From: a virus
Lineage: Duplodnaviria; Caudoviricetes
Length of the DNA stretch: 64,000 bases
Virus record (IMG/VR): IMGVR_UViG_3300029915_001170
Coordinates: 1 to 64,000 of that record
Reading direction: 5' to 3' (one strand)
Both the position numbers and the translations under genes were made by a program. Below the pieces are notes generated by a model. The model was not told the DNA's origin and ran no database searches. It worked only from the letters and a program-made list of their open reading frames with translations. The stretch's first letter is position 1. Each line of letters begins with the position of its first letter. This document shows, piece after piece, positions 26,801 through 36,425 of the stretch.

Positions 26801-27054
26801 ACAGAAAGTGAAAAAGAACTTGTTCCATCTAAAGTAACAGGTCCTTGATTCAATATCGATGGAGAAAGAGGTGCTCCATTAATATTGTAGATGCTGATAT
26901 TTGGTTGAGCAGAATTAGGTACGAACTGTACCGTGACCGAGCCATTTGACCAAAGCGTTCCATCGCTATCTGTGACTGTTGCGGTTACGTTAGTTGTCTG
27001 AGCCGCTGTAATAGTGGCAAAAAGAAAAAAGAAACATGCAAACTTCTTCAACAT
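23899..27054 (-). CDS. Modular tailspike/receptor-binding-like protein with two beta-helix modules and an N-terminal signal-peptide-like sequence
   Basis: AAGGAG RBS before MLKKFACFFFLFATITAAQ; two (A)D.(GA)KI.....LP..G.V module starts. Confidence 0.7.
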   Translation of the reverse strand: MLKKFACFFFLFATITAAQTTNVTATVTDSDGTLWSNGSVTVQFVPNSAQPNISIYNINGAPLSPSILNQGPVTLDGTSSFSLSVYDNSKITPVGSQWQFTVCPLAQSKCGITTTPISGVSQNISTLVDANILAPRFNAIAGAYGYANVEAILTYPVGGTYWSVTNQTQLYWNGTAWVTGSLPSGISCVGTGSSQVCTFPGTVTAGAAITSPLVNNGVSACYFSGSTADVKIANAFASLPLSLGKVDASCLGTTTQVLAGTISLTAGQELDFSDATTIIPAAVSSDVVHVVGGSILKGLHVGLGNYPITYSGSAVSFTCTTGGPIIGPEIDNLSIDGATSAPGIGLLINCPTLNYGAAYTHVNGMYTNGVLRPLVLSTSNGGWINANEFKGLTFLAVSTSIPATGITLLNAGKQIEANTFEGFFEGNGTPSSIGISATTTTTATANIDANTFNFNIYDSAYSWYVPSSSVSGRVNVNWVQGLLNGTSIDTLGADYIQNYSSDAFNFYTLQANALTLYPSLTQTAIAIVPAANDTRAEVYGANSSNSAYMWKIDDSGNAMFSGTVAAGAVNGVVNAALQTGADIGAKINTSVAGLPSGGTVSVPLGTYVFTTQAAFALTASNEKYALVCDPGTVLNWQGSGSAILATGNAILQDLGFTVTNCVIDGISSTSGSNGIELRGFYGSNLTNVTTKNFPGGAGVYFHGSGVSTVLNLNSYGNKYGVWEVGYTPTGTASNAIHISGGTIEANSLWGIFDDYADNTATGSTFSNTYDGGIAFEGNGTAATLSGHIFLGASVNTDVSQNFFEASLGTVNIQAGTNGQAAAQITVSGNYINAPSSVNGVDLINVNTASVVGNDTSGTCNFNSGMYSINIGIQNNASQVLCGTGSVSTSIGGGLVAPSLNSPAATSLSIGSGVGAAYSLLVHDPTNSFNDLILDPYGNLDIKGSYQVRGAVTVIPSTALGYQGPAAGYVQLALSGTTGTITGTALTATCDSGTASVTGAVVGHPVVVSSTTGADVGGAFNLRASVTATNTVTVYVCGTGTPPSLAYNVTVF

Positions 27055-27064
27055 AAAAATCTCC

Positions 27065-28372
27065 TTACAACCAACTGTTAGTTTCAAGAAACTGGTATCT
27101 CTTGAGAGTTGATTTGGTAATGTCTGTGCGATATTGCATGTTTGGGATGTTGATACGACCGATTCTTCTATCACAAGAGCTTGAGGCTTCTTCGATGGAA
27201 GAGCCGACTCCAATGGGAGCGCAGATATACCCATAGTTGCCGCTTGTTATGAGTTTCTTGCCATCTTTTGCAAGCTTTACATCGAACAAATACGTGTTTA
27301 CAAGCTGCTCAAGATCCTCAGGATCAAGCCCTTCTACTGGTACATCTTTCGCTTTTGGAAGCCGTAGCTCTGTCGGATACGGCGGTATTGAGAGCGTAAC
27401 AGATACTCCGAACGGAGCAGTCCATTTAATCTCCGGCGTCTTTCCAGCGGCGATATTTTGAAGAAGTTTCGCATATCCATGTCCATACATCGTTGCAATT
27501 GTGGGACAGCACAAGTAACCAAAGCGAGGAGTCCATTCTAGAGCATAGAGCTTATCTTCGGTTACGATAGAGTTGAGATCGAGAATTCCTCTAAAGCCAA
27601 CAGCTTGCAAGAATGGGATCGCTTTCTTCAATCCCTCCCTGTAGATTCTTGATTCATCCGAGAGTGCAAAAATGAGATTTCCAGAACAACCTGTGTTTGG
27701 ACCTTTGTTTTCATTCATGAACTTTTTTTCTTCCAACGTGCCAGTTAGAAGATAAAAATCAGTCCCATTAAAAAACCCTTCTATCCCAATCTCCTGCCCT
27801 TTGACAAACTCTTGCAGGATAAAAGGAGCATGTTTAGCAGCATTCCACAAAGTGTCGATATACTCAATAAGATCAGCCGCGCTTTTTGCAACGTAGGTGG
27901 TGGCTGTGTCCTGAGTCTGGCCTCCTTCTGTAAAAGGCTTAAATACATACGGTCTGTCATTCTTTCGTAGAAAAGCCTTAGCCTCAGTGGGCGTGTTAAA
28001 TCTGGTATATGGGGGTACATTGATTCCGCAGTCCTCCATGGCTTTAAGGCCAGCTTCTCTGTCGTCCTCGAGCAAATGCTCGAAAGAACCGTCACCGAGT
28101 GTGGCTGCTTGCATCCTTGAAGCATCAGCTTGTTTCGCTTTGCCGGTAAGATCAAACAGCGATAAATCATATCCAGCATAATCAGGATATCCAAATCCTG
28201 CCACTGTACGCCGATGATCTAGCGATAGCTTCTTGGGGGGTGGTATTAGCCCCCCAAGAACATCCACGTAGTCAGATTTGGATAGGTAGTAATCTACATC
28301 GTGGCCTTCTGCAAGGAGCCGAAGTACAAACCACGCTCCCAAGCCTGTATACGAGGACATTGCTATTTTCAT
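27065..28372 (-). CDS. PurD-like ATP-grasp ligase
   Basis: LEDDR..G, GINVP, YVFKP, FILQEFVKGQE, KKFMNENKGPNTG, LEWTPRFG. Confidence 0.8.
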   Translation of the reverse strand: MKIAMSSYTGLGAWFVLRLLAEGHDVDYYLSKSDYVDVLGGLIPPPKKLSLDHRRTVAGFGYPDYAGYDLSLFDLTGKAKQADASRMQAATLGDGSFEHLLEDDREAGLKAMEDCGINVPPYTRFNTPTEAKAFLRKNDRPYVFKPFTEGGQTQDTATTYVAKSAADLIEYIDTLWNAAKHAPFILQEFVKGQEIGIEGFFNGTDFYLLTGTLEEKKFMNENKGPNTGCSGNLIFALSDESRIYREGLKKAIPFLQAVGFRGILDLNSIVTEDKLYALEWTPRFGYLCCPTIATMYGHGYAKLLQNIAAGKTPEIKWTAPFGVSVTLSIPPYPTELRLPKAKDVPVEGLDPEDLEQLVNTYLFDVKLAKDGKKLITSGNYGYICAPIGVGSSIEEASSSCDRRIGRINIPNMQYRTDITKSTLKRYQFLETNSWL

Positions 28373-28384
28373 CGAAGCTGCTCC

Positions 28385-28534
28385 TTACCCCTGATGCTTT
28401 GCTTTACGGTGGATACTATCGCCGCTGCTTGTTTTGTGTTCGCCTTTACAAGCGGCTTGAGAGCCAGCAGCCTGCACACGTTCTTGCATAGCCTTGGCTT
28501 CCTTCAAAGAAAGATGCGCACTTTGACCAGACAT
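28385..28534 (-). CDS. 49-aa peptide (MSGQSAHLSLKEAK...KAKHQG), not in the ORF track
   Basis: AAGGAGGT RBS; fills the gap between two genes. Confidence 0.6.
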   Translation of the reverse strand: MSGQSAHLSLKEAKAMQERVQAAGSQAACKGEHKTSSGDSIHRKAKHQG

Positions 28535-28550
28535 AGGATTACCTCCTTGG

Positions 28551-30407
28551 TTATTGATTGATTGTTTTAGCAGGGAATAGCTGGTTAGCTATAATATTAC
28601 CTGCTCCTGGAACTGTTTGTTGAAGAACATCCTTAGCAAGCGGTTTGATGTTATGCTTGCCAGTCTGAGTAGACTTCGTTGTGAGGTTGATAGTATCTTG
28701 AGCAGTACGTACAGCATCTCCAGCAATCGGACCCATTAAAGCAAGTGCGAGTCTGTCACCATGAGCAGCCCCAATAAAGGAGTGCATGATGCCCCAAGAA
28801 CCGAAGTATGAAAGCATATCAAGATACTCCGAACTAAACTGTGCCAGATCCTCTGGATGTTGCAGTCGCTGATAGTCTTCTTTCAAACCTTGGCCAGCTT
28901 GTTTTGGATTCGCAGTTCGTGCAAAAACCTCGGCGGCTTTAAGCATCGGTGCAATGGTAGGAAACATTAAACCAATAGTACCAGCATAGCGAGCAATACC
29001 AACATAATCTCCACCTTCGAGTTTCTTCTGAAGTTCTCGTCGCATAAAGCGTTGCTGACTTGACACATATCCATGAAACATGGTAAGCATTCGTGTCCAT
29101 GGATTACGCGTAGCGTTCAACGAGCGATCAAAAGGTCGAGAGATAAATGCGCGATTGTTTGTGAAGTGGTAGATCGCTTTGACTTTTTCTTCTCGTGTAA
29201 GTTGACCTCCACGTTTTACAATCTCACCAACATCTAAGCCGAGATCCTTTAATTCGATCCCAGCCATTTTATCACCTTGAGCAGCTTTCTCCGCCCAGTA
29301 CTGCGCAGCATGATAACCCATTGTGGCGGCAGCTTTCAATTGCACATTGCGGATGAAATTGAAACCTGGATTATGAAAGATTTGATTGTACAATCTTCCG
29401 ACTTCAGGCTGACCGATTTTCGTAACAAGTGGATTTTTCTCGCTTGACATGTCATCAAGAAGCATATGAAAATGTTGTGATGTAAATACTGCTGCGGCAT
29501 CGGTAAGCTCTTTGATTTCGCCATTTTCCATGCCCATCATAGATTTGTAGATGCTAGCTAGTGGCGTTGCTGAAAGAGGATTAAAAAACGTACTCATGTG
29601 ATTGACCGCAATCATAGGAGCAAGAAAGATTCTAGCCCGCTTTGAGGCAAACTGTTCTATTGCATTAGAGCGTTCGTGCACACTAGCGGTGTCGAGTTTC
29701 TTTAGGTCAATATGAAGAGGTTCCTGGCCTTGGGCTTGTCGAAACTTATTCTCAAGCATCAACGCATTTTTCATATTAAGTTTAGTTCTAGATTGATCCA
29801 CGCCAGAAGCTGAGACACCTTCTGAGCCAATTTCCAAAGGTCTAGTAGAGTCGTGGAACTGGTTCGAGGCAATATCAAGTAATGCTTGTGCATGTGCCTC
29901 AGAGAAAGGATCGCCTTTCTCGTAAAGTGGCATTATATCACCTATGAGATTGGCATGGTTTTCTCCCATGACTTGCTGCTGTGCAAGCAAGCGTGCTTGA
30001 GAACCAAGCTTAATCGTATAGTCTTGCAATGTCATATCCGCATTTGCAGGATCAAGAGCGATGATTTTTGCTGCTTGAGAAGCTGCGGGGTGGTTTTGAA
30101 CTTTGAGATCTGAATGAACCTTTCCAAGAGTAGAATGAAGCTGCGTAGGATCATTTTTAATAACCTCATGCACAGCATCCGCAGGCTTGAGAAGGTCACC
30201 TAAAATCTGCTGGCGTCGAAAATCATAATCAACCAGCCGCGTACCGACTTTCATTCCTTCTGGAGAACGCTTGAATTCCTCAGCTTGCGCTAGAAAAGTC
30301 TCACGTCCGAGCTTGGCTGTACCAGATTTCTCTGCGCTTTCACCAAGTTTAGAGTAAGCATCTTTAGCAAGACTTCCTAAAGCATCTGCTGCACCGCCAA
30401 TTCCCAT
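28551..30407 (-). CDS. Probable internal virion/ejection protein
   Basis: Large helical protein positioned after the tail genes. Confidence 0.55.
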   Translation of the reverse strand: MGIGGAADALGSLAKDAYSKLGESAEKSGTAKLGRETFLAQAEEFKRSPEGMKVGTRLVDYDFRRQQILGDLLKPADAVHEVIKNDPTQLHSTLGKVHSDLKVQNHPAASQAAKIIALDPANADMTLQDYTIKLGSQARLLAQQQVMGENHANLIGDIMPLYEKGDPFSEAHAQALLDIASNQFHDSTRPLEIGSEGVSASGVDQSRTKLNMKNALMLENKFRQAQGQEPLHIDLKKLDTASVHERSNAIEQFASKRARIFLAPMIAVNHMSTFFNPLSATPLASIYKSMMGMENGEIKELTDAAAVFTSQHFHMLLDDMSSEKNPLVTKIGQPEVGRLYNQIFHNPGFNFIRNVQLKAAATMGYHAAQYWAEKAAQGDKMAGIELKDLGLDVGEIVKRGGQLTREEKVKAIYHFTNNRAFISRPFDRSLNATRNPWTRMLTMFHGYVSSQQRFMRRELQKKLEGGDYVGIARYAGTIGLMFPTIAPMLKAAEVFARTANPKQAGQGLKEDYQRLQHPEDLAQFSSEYLDMLSYFGSWGIMHSFIGAAHGDRLALALMGPIAGDAVRTAQDTINLTTKSTQTGKHNIKPLAKDVLQQTVPGAGNIIANQLFPAKTINQ

Positions 30408-32911
30408 TACTGACCTCCTGCTTGAGCCAGTGTCTCACGTACTCGTTTCATGATTTTTGTTACTTCGGTCGAGTTGCCTTTGAGGTATGCAGCTGTTTCA
30501 CGTTCATGTAAGAGCGTAAGCGTATTCTGATATCTCGACCTAGCTTCTACGGCAGCTTTGGAACGGCCAGGGAAGAAAGTTTTTACTTGCTTCAAATCAT
30601 ATTGCTGTGCGCTTTCTATGAGTTTCTTATCTCGTTGCCAAGGAGAAAGCGAGTCTGAACCTTTTATTCCAGGTTGTGTGGAGCGGAAAGCATTGCGTTG
30701 GCCAAGTTCTTTGTACCATTTCGAACGTGTGAAAATATCGATATGATTTTGGATTGCTTGTGAAAATTCTTCAATACCTGCTGTTGTTGTCTTACGACCT
30801 AGAAGCGTTCTCATCTTAGGACTGTTCATAAGAACATCTTCCAGTTTCCTTGCTACAGGTTTTGGAAGTCTGTCCTTGTAGGAGTACATGTATGCTAAAA
30901 AGTTAGTCCAGTCTCCACCTTCAGCATTGGATTTCTCAAACTGGATACCGGACTCTTTGAGGGGATTGAAGTACTCTCGCAAATCCTCTGCTAGAGCATG
31001 TGCAGCACTCACATCATCATCTGTCTTTCCAGCAAGTGTATCTACATATTCTTGCCAGAATTTTGGAGAATTCTTTCCACCTTTTGCAGTAGCAGCCTTG
31101 TCTGCGGCAACTTTCCAGTTAAAAGAAATAGCCATTTGATAACCAGTGACTTTGCCTGATTTATCATAGTCATAACGAGAGTCAGTGTGTTGAGACGCCG
31201 TTTTTATAGAGGGCGCTTTTGGTTGATTCTTCGCAACGTTCTCTGGCCCAGTTACAGTCCTGGCTTCTGCCGCCTTCTTCACAGCTTCTACTCGCCGCTT
31301 GAGCATCGCAGCTTTAGCAACCACCGGCGCTTTCTCAGCACCACCAGGATGATTTTTGAATACTTCTTGTGCTTTTGCAAGTTCTTGTTTCCATTCTGCT
31401 TGTCCTTCTGGGGTTTTCATATACTCATCTACAAGTTCCTGCCCTTTCATTTGCTGAACTTGCGGCACATCAGAATCCATTCTCGATGCCGCTTTGTCAA
31501 GCTGTCCATCAAGAAACCCGCGAAGATCACCCCACCTAGCATCATCAGGTTTGAACTCTGAAATTTTCCATCCCTGCCGGTCAAGAAACTGACGAATGAT
31601 TCTCATATTAGAGAATACTGTCTTCCACTTCACAGGATCCTTGTCGCTCATATCCTGATGAAATTTAAGCCTGTCAAGTTCCTCCATCGGAGCTTTTTCT
31701 TCCATTGTAACATGAGCAAGAGCCTCTTCAATAATGGAAGATGCCGCCGGCCTACCACCCGCCGCCATTACAGAAGCCATGTGAGTCTGATATTGTTCCA
31801 AGTACTCTTCTGATGTAGCGCTACGTTTTCCTTGAGCACCTAGATCGGCCTCATGCTCTGCGGCGGCCATAGCATCTTTCTCGACTCCTTCAGGGAGATG
31901 ATCGACAAGCTTAGCCGCACCTTTTCCAGCCATAGAAAAGAGAGTGCCCATAGCTGCAAATTGAAGTCCCATTTTCCAAGCATCTTTTTTGTCTTCTGAG
32001 TCTAGCGTCAGTTCTCCAAAAGCCAACCCCTCTGTACCATAAGTAAGCATCTTCGCCGCGGTCTGGCCTACCTTTGATGCGCCGAGAGTCTCCGTGAGAT
32101 TGGCTAGCATCGGTACGCCTTCAGCAGTGGTTTTTGCAAGTCCAATTCCCAATTCGGTAGCTTTTCCAATACCGCTAAACAGCGGCAGCAGCATGGCATT
32201 CTCCACTACAAACGAAGAGGCTTTCTCGGTAAAGGTTCTAGCAGGTGTTACACCAGACCAGAAGTCCTCTTGAGATGCTATGTCATGCATCCACTTTGAA
32301 CCCCCAGTAGGATTTCGTTCGCCTGTGTCTTCGATTGCTTTGGCTATCCCGGTAACAAGTCCACTCTCTTTTACTCGATTGTGCATATTCAAATAAAGAT
32401 TTTGCCATCCAACAAGACCTGTAAAGTCTCCGCTGCGAATGGAGTCTTCCATAGCTACTATAGGAAGACCGGTAATATTTGTGATTGTACGAAGCGCATT
32501 TGCAGTTTCTCCAATAGCACTGTCTAAGCCTTCGAGAGCGCCTTTAACCATTGGATTTCTATAGGCTTGTGCTGGATCATAAGACAGCCCAGATTTCCAA
32601 GCGTTACGAAGCCATAAATCCCTTGATAACGGTGCAGCACCCATCTTCTGATACAGCGGCGCTAGAGCCTCATCGTAGTATCTTGAGGCGAGAGCGAGCT
32701 TTTCTGAGTCGGTTTTTCCTGCAAACTTCGGTGCTTCTTGTGACCAGCGACTCAAACTGTTTGCAAGTCCATCATAAGGATCATCAAACAAGAAAGGATT
32801 CAGGCTGGTATCCTTCACAGCTTGTATCTTCTCTTTGGATTGCAGAGAGTTGATACTGTGATACTGCTGTTTGATCTCAGCAACCTTCGACTGTTGGATA
32901 AAATCAGCCAT
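30407..32911 (-). CDS. Probable internal virion/ejection protein (likely start MADFIQQ)
   Basis: Position and size; the upstream ORF extension overlaps the preceding gene. Confidence 0.55.
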   Translation of the reverse strand: MADFIQQSKVAEIKQQYHSINSLQSKEKIQAVKDTSLNPFLFDDPYDGLANSLSRWSQEAPKFAGKTDSEKLALASRYYDEALAPLYQKMGAAPLSRDLWLRNAWKSGLSYDPAQAYRNPMVKGALEGLDSAIGETANALRTITNITGLPIVAMEDSIRSGDFTGLVGWQNLYLNMHNRVKESGLVTGIAKAIEDTGERNPTGGSKWMHDIASQEDFWSGVTPARTFTEKASSFVVENAMLLPLFSGIGKATELGIGLAKTTAEGVPMLANLTETLGASKVGQTAAKMLTYGTEGLAFGELTLDSEDKKDAWKMGLQFAAMGTLFSMAGKGAAKLVDHLPEGVEKDAMAAAEHEADLGAQGKRSATSEEYLEQYQTHMASVMAAGGRPAASSIIEEALAHVTMEEKAPMEELDRLKFHQDMSDKDPVKWKTVFSNMRIIRQFLDRQGWKISEFKPDDARWGDLRGFLDGQLDKAASRMDSDVPQVQQMKGQELVDEYMKTPEGQAEWKQELAKAQEVFKNHPGGAEKAPVVAKAAMLKRRVEAVKKAAEARTVTGPENVAKNQPKAPSIKTASQHTDSRYDYDKSGKVTGYQMAISFNWKVAADKAATAKGGKNSPKFWQEYVDTLAGKTDDDVSAAHALAEDLREYFNPLKESGIQFEKSNAEGGDWTNFLAYMYSYKDRLPKPVARKLEDVLMNSPKMRTLLGRKTTTAGIEEFSQAIQNHIDIFTRSKWYKELGQRNAFRSTQPGIKGSDSLSPWQRDKKLIESAQQYDLKQVKTFFPGRSKAAVEARSRYQNTLTLLHERETAAYLKGNSTEVTKIMKRVRETLAQAGGQ

Positions 32912-32936
32912 GCCTTCTTGCAATGCGAAACGAAGG

Positions 32937-34397
32937 TTAGTCTGAGGCTGGCTTATCTGGATCGAAGAACCGCTTGATTTTCCTGGCGCCTTGATTGATT
33001 GTGTCGATGGTCTGCTCGGCATCATGGCTGATGATACCCGCGCCGTAGTGGCCTTTAATAAGGAGTCTGTCTGCTGTTGAAACGCTTGACTTCCAGGGCT
33101 TGCCTGTTCTTGGATCGAGGTCGGCACTGCTCCCTGTGCCGGTGCTTGTGGTTGCGCTTCCTGTGCTTGTGCCATTTCCTGCTCCATCTCCTACATGTAC
33201 AGTAGGAACTTGTAAACGAGAATCATCAACTTTGAGACCGAGACCTTTGGCGATCACATTGCGATTAAGCAAAAAGGCATTTTTTGCCTGCTCGTCGATA
33301 GCGTCAATGGATTGAAGCTGTCGCCGAATCTCAGCCTGTCTGCTAGAAGATGGACCTTTATCAAGTTCGGCATTTAATGCTTGACGACTTTTTTGATTCT
33401 CAGTAGCGGATGTTCCATAGTTTTTCTGAGCTTCGTTAAAAGCTTTTAGAACTTCGATTGGATTTCCCTGTTTGAGATTCTCCAGTGCGACTTGTGTACC
33501 AGCTCTGTAACGTTCCAACGCAGCTGCGGCAGCGTTATCCTTGTCTGCCTGTTTATTTTTGAGTATCTGCTCGTCAAGTTTGGTTCCAGAGTCAATAGCA
33601 GCTTTTCTTAGCTCAGTCGCAGCTTCAATATTCTTAACATCCAATGCACCTCGAGCTTTTAGCTGAGCAGCGAAAATTGGTCCCATAGCCTTAACCGTCT
33701 CAAGCTGTTCTTTTCGTTGCGCCAAAGCGGCCTGATACTGGGCCTGGGCTTGTACATTTGGACCCATCTGAGTAGGTGTCTTTTGCTGGAACTGCTCGGC
33801 ATAGTCAAGATGCTGTTGAGCCATTTGCTTACCTTGAGCTACACCTTGATGCTCCAGAGTTTTGTTTGCTTGAGGATCAGTAAAGTCAATGTTAAAGCCC
33901 TTTGCGATTTGCTTCCTGAGCTTATCGTTTGAAAGTATACCATTCATTACAGCTTTGTTTCGCTCTGCCGCTGCCTTGGCATCTGCATTGTTTGGATCTT
34001 GCTTTAGTACTTGCTGCGCTTGGTCCATACCCTGCTGAGCCACAAGCAATTGCTGTGTAGCAGAAGCGACTTCTACTTTCTGCTTGTTCTGCTTTTCCGT
34101 CTCCGCAGTAGCCAGCATGTGCGTGACTCCGCGAATTGTATTTCCGATTCCCTGCACTTGTGCATTGTGCCTTCCAACAACCTCTCGATTGTCCATATGC
34201 ATAGGTGCAAGTTGCGTTTGCGGTTGCATCATAGAAGACGGCACCTGCCCAGCATGGCCACCTGCTACAGGTGTTGCAGCCTTCACAGCAAGCGACTGGA
34301 GATTCTCTTTATTTCCACCTAGAATCTGCTCCAGCACCTGCGCTGGATTGAAACTTGATCCTTGATTTACGCTCGTTGGTACTGTCGAGTCAGGCAT
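32937..34397 (-). CDS. Probable ejection/pilot protein, Q/A-rich coiled coil
   Basis: AGGAG RBS; composition; position. Confidence 0.55.
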   Translation of the reverse strand: MPDSTVPTSVNQGSSFNPAQVLEQILGGNKENLQSLAVKAATPVAGGHAGQVPSSMMQPQTQLAPMHMDNREVVGRHNAQVQGIGNTIRGVTHMLATAETEKQNKQKVEVASATQQLLVAQQGMDQAQQVLKQDPNNADAKAAAERNKAVMNGILSNDKLRKQIAKGFNIDFTDPQANKTLEHQGVAQGKQMAQQHLDYAEQFQQKTPTQMGPNVQAQAQYQAALAQRKEQLETVKAMGPIFAAQLKARGALDVKNIEAATELRKAAIDSGTKLDEQILKNKQADKDNAAAAALERYRAGTQVALENLKQGNPIEVLKAFNEAQKNYGTSATENQKSRQALNAELDKGPSSSRQAEIRRQLQSIDAIDEQAKNAFLLNRNVIAKGLGLKVDDSRLQVPTVHVGDGAGNGTSTGSATTSTGTGSSADLDPRTGKPWKSSVSTADRLLIKGHYGAGIISHDAEQTIDTINQGARKIKRFFDPDKPASD

Positions 34398-34405
34398 ATC
34401 TTCTC

Positions 34406-35278
34406 CTATTCAAACGCATCCTCAGAATCACCAATTACAGAACCCCAGTCTGTGTTGTCAGCTACCATTGCCGAGGTATCTACTCCTGCAATCTGAGAGT
34501 TTCCGGCCGCCGCAGTAGAAGCAACCGAAGAATTTGATGGAACTGAAGCTGCTCCAGCATTTCCTGTGTTTGTAGCTCCACTGCTACCGTGTATAACAGC
34601 TCCCACATCTTGTGAAATATCACCCACCACATTTCCAAGCGTGCTCCATGCACTTGTGGCAGTTTCAGCTGCTGCTTTGTTTTCCATACCACTAAGCAGA
34701 GAGGCTGTTAGCTGCTCCTGTGACTGTGTAAGATTAGCACTCTCACCAGCAACTGCGGCTGTTTCTTGAGATTGTAGATTTGAATCTGCGATAGCTGCAA
34801 CACTGCTGTTCGCTGAAACTCCACCTGCGCCAAGAGCAGCGTTTGTATTAGCTTGAGCTGTTGCCATTTGAGGCTGGAGAGATTGGATATACTCTTGGAG
34901 AATAGTAGAGTCTGTGCCGCTCATACCATTAAGAAGAGAATAAAGAGATCCTCCAACGCCAGAACCGTAGATATCATCAAGTTGCTTCTGAAGAGCATTC
35001 TGACCATTAGGGTTGTTTGCATTTGTGATAAATCCATTCGTCGATGAAGAAGCAGAGGTGCTCGTTGCGGGAACCGCACTACCTGTAGTCGAAGCCTGTG
35101 CTGTGTTAACACCGCCAAGATTAGGTGCAGAAGGAACGAGTGGATTCGATCCTGTGGGTGTCGTAGGACTTCCAGGAATCCCTTTTCCAATAATAGACTG
35201 CATAGTTCCGCCAGTCTTTGGAGTGGTCTGGTTATTCCCAGCTGGATTAGAATAAGGCACCATGTTATTCGTTGCCAT
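34406..35278 (-). CDS. Probable DNA transfer/pilot protein
   Basis: S/A/G/Q-rich; first gene after the tail tubular genes. Confidence 0.5.
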   Translation of the reverse strand: MATNNMVPYSNPAGNNQTTPKTGGTMQSIIGKGIPGSPTTPTGSNPLVPSAPNLGGVNTAQASTTGSAVPATSTSASSSTNGFITNANNPNGQNALQKQLDDIYGSGVGGSLYSLLNGMSGTDSTILQEYIQSLQPQMATAQANTNAALGAGGVSANSSVAAIADSNLQSQETAAVAGESANLTQSQEQLTASLLSGMENKAAAETATSAWSTLGNVVGDISQDVGAVIHGSSGATNTGNAGAASVPSNSSVASTAAAGNSQIAGVDTSAMVADNTDWGSVIGDSEDAFE

Positions 35279-36024
35279 TAAACACTTCCCTTCCGCAGTC
35301 TCATCCTGCGAGTTGTAGTAACTTGATCTCGGTTACGCTGAGAAGTGCGTTGGAAAATAAGCCCCGGCGCACCTTCAATACCACCGCTGGTTTGGAACTT
35401 CTGATCTCCATAGAGCGAGGAATGGAGTTCTTGCTTTTTATTTGCGAGATTAAGTTGCGGCGCAAGCCTAATTGCTACTGCATACTCTAGAATCTCCTGC
35501 CATTCATCAGCCATCAAGATTGGAGTGTCTTCAGCAAAACCATTAGGTGTCTCAGTTAGCGGATGCTGCTTTTGATAACGCATATAGCAAGCATAGCTGT
35601 TATTTGGCATTGAGCCAATCAAAATCTGATTGTTATTCCGACTCCAGTAAAGTGGCAGTCCAGGAATATTGAGAAGCACTTCGATTGAGTCAAAGCTTCT
35701 GAACTTTAGATCATACCCTGCGTTAGTTTCGTTGTTTGTCGCACTCGGCACCACAAAAGGATCGTTATAAATAAAGAACGAATTCACCTTTGTGACATCC
35801 AAAGGTGCATCAGCAGTGGCTAGAAAGTAACTGGGCGCATAGCTATTCTGATAAGCAACGAAGTTTGTCAGCGGCCCTGTGACTTCTAGCAGTGGGTGCT
35901 TGTAATCCGTTGTAAGCTCTAGCATAGCTTTTCGGATAGCCTCATTAACTGTTCCCGTAGCCACAGGCCTATTCATCAACAAACCTTGAATACCCACATA
36001 ACAATCACCGGCTTGAAAACTCAT
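35278..36024 (-). CDS. Head-tail adaptor/tail tubular protein
   Basis: GLPLYW...IGSMP...Y...W.EILEYAVA pattern typical of adaptors. Confidence 0.55.
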   Translation of the reverse strand: MSFQAGDCYVGIQGLLMNRPVATGTVNEAIRKAMLELTTDYKHPLLEVTGPLTNFVAYQNSYAPSYFLATADAPLDVTKVNSFFIYNDPFVVPSATNNETNAGYDLKFRSFDSIEVLLNIPGLPLYWSRNNNQILIGSMPNNSYACYMRYQKQHPLTETPNGFAEDTPILMADEWQEILEYAVAIRLAPQLNLANKKQELHSSLYGDQKFQTSGGIEGAPGLIFQRTSQRNRDQVTTTRRMRLRKGSV

Positions 36025-36035
36025 TTTGAGACTCC

Positions 36036-36425
36036 TTAGAACACATACACAGTAGCATTTACTGTTGCATCACTCGGTGCGAGATAGATATAGGTTGCTG
36101 TTGCTGTAGTTGGTTGCCATACTTGAAGTTGCTTATCCGAGTTTACAAGATGTACTCCGATTGGCTGCCGCTGAAGACCGTGATTGACTGCAATCGCTGT
36201 ACCGGTAGTTGTCCATTTATTAGCTTGCGTAGAAGACGCTGCTCCAATCCGTATCAATACACCTGAGCTATTTCCCTGTCCAAACTCGCTCCAGTTTCCA
36301 GTAGCATCTTTTCCAGTTGGAATACCCATATCCACATTACCATTGAGTGTTTGATGCACACTCTGCGCCCATCGAAGAGTATCTCCAGAAACACCAGCTG
36401 ATACAGGATTCTGTGTCTTTGCCAT
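36036..36425 (-). CDS. Small tail/structural protein
   Basis: VNHGLQRQP motif; position. Confidence 0.5.
   Translation of the reverse strand: MAKTQNPVSAGVSGDTLRWAQSVHQTLNGNVDMGIPTGKDATGNWSEFGQGNSSGVLIRIGAASSTQANKWTTTGTAIAVNHGLQRQPIGVHLVNSDKQLQVWQPTTATATYIYLAPSDATVNATVYVF

Noticed and set aside
23620-27054. Diversity-generating retroelement or invertase shufflon acting on the tailspike
   Set aside because: No reverse transcriptase, TR/VR pair, invertase or alternative inverted C-termini visible
27055-27234. N-terminal extension of the tailspike ORF
   Set aside because: Overlaps the ATP-grasp gene; a strong RBS precedes the ATG at 27054
32912-33187. N-terminal extension of the 926-aa ORF, or a programmed-frameshift fusion
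   Set aside because: Overlaps the previous gene; plausible start at 32911 and no slippery site recognised, though not fully excluded
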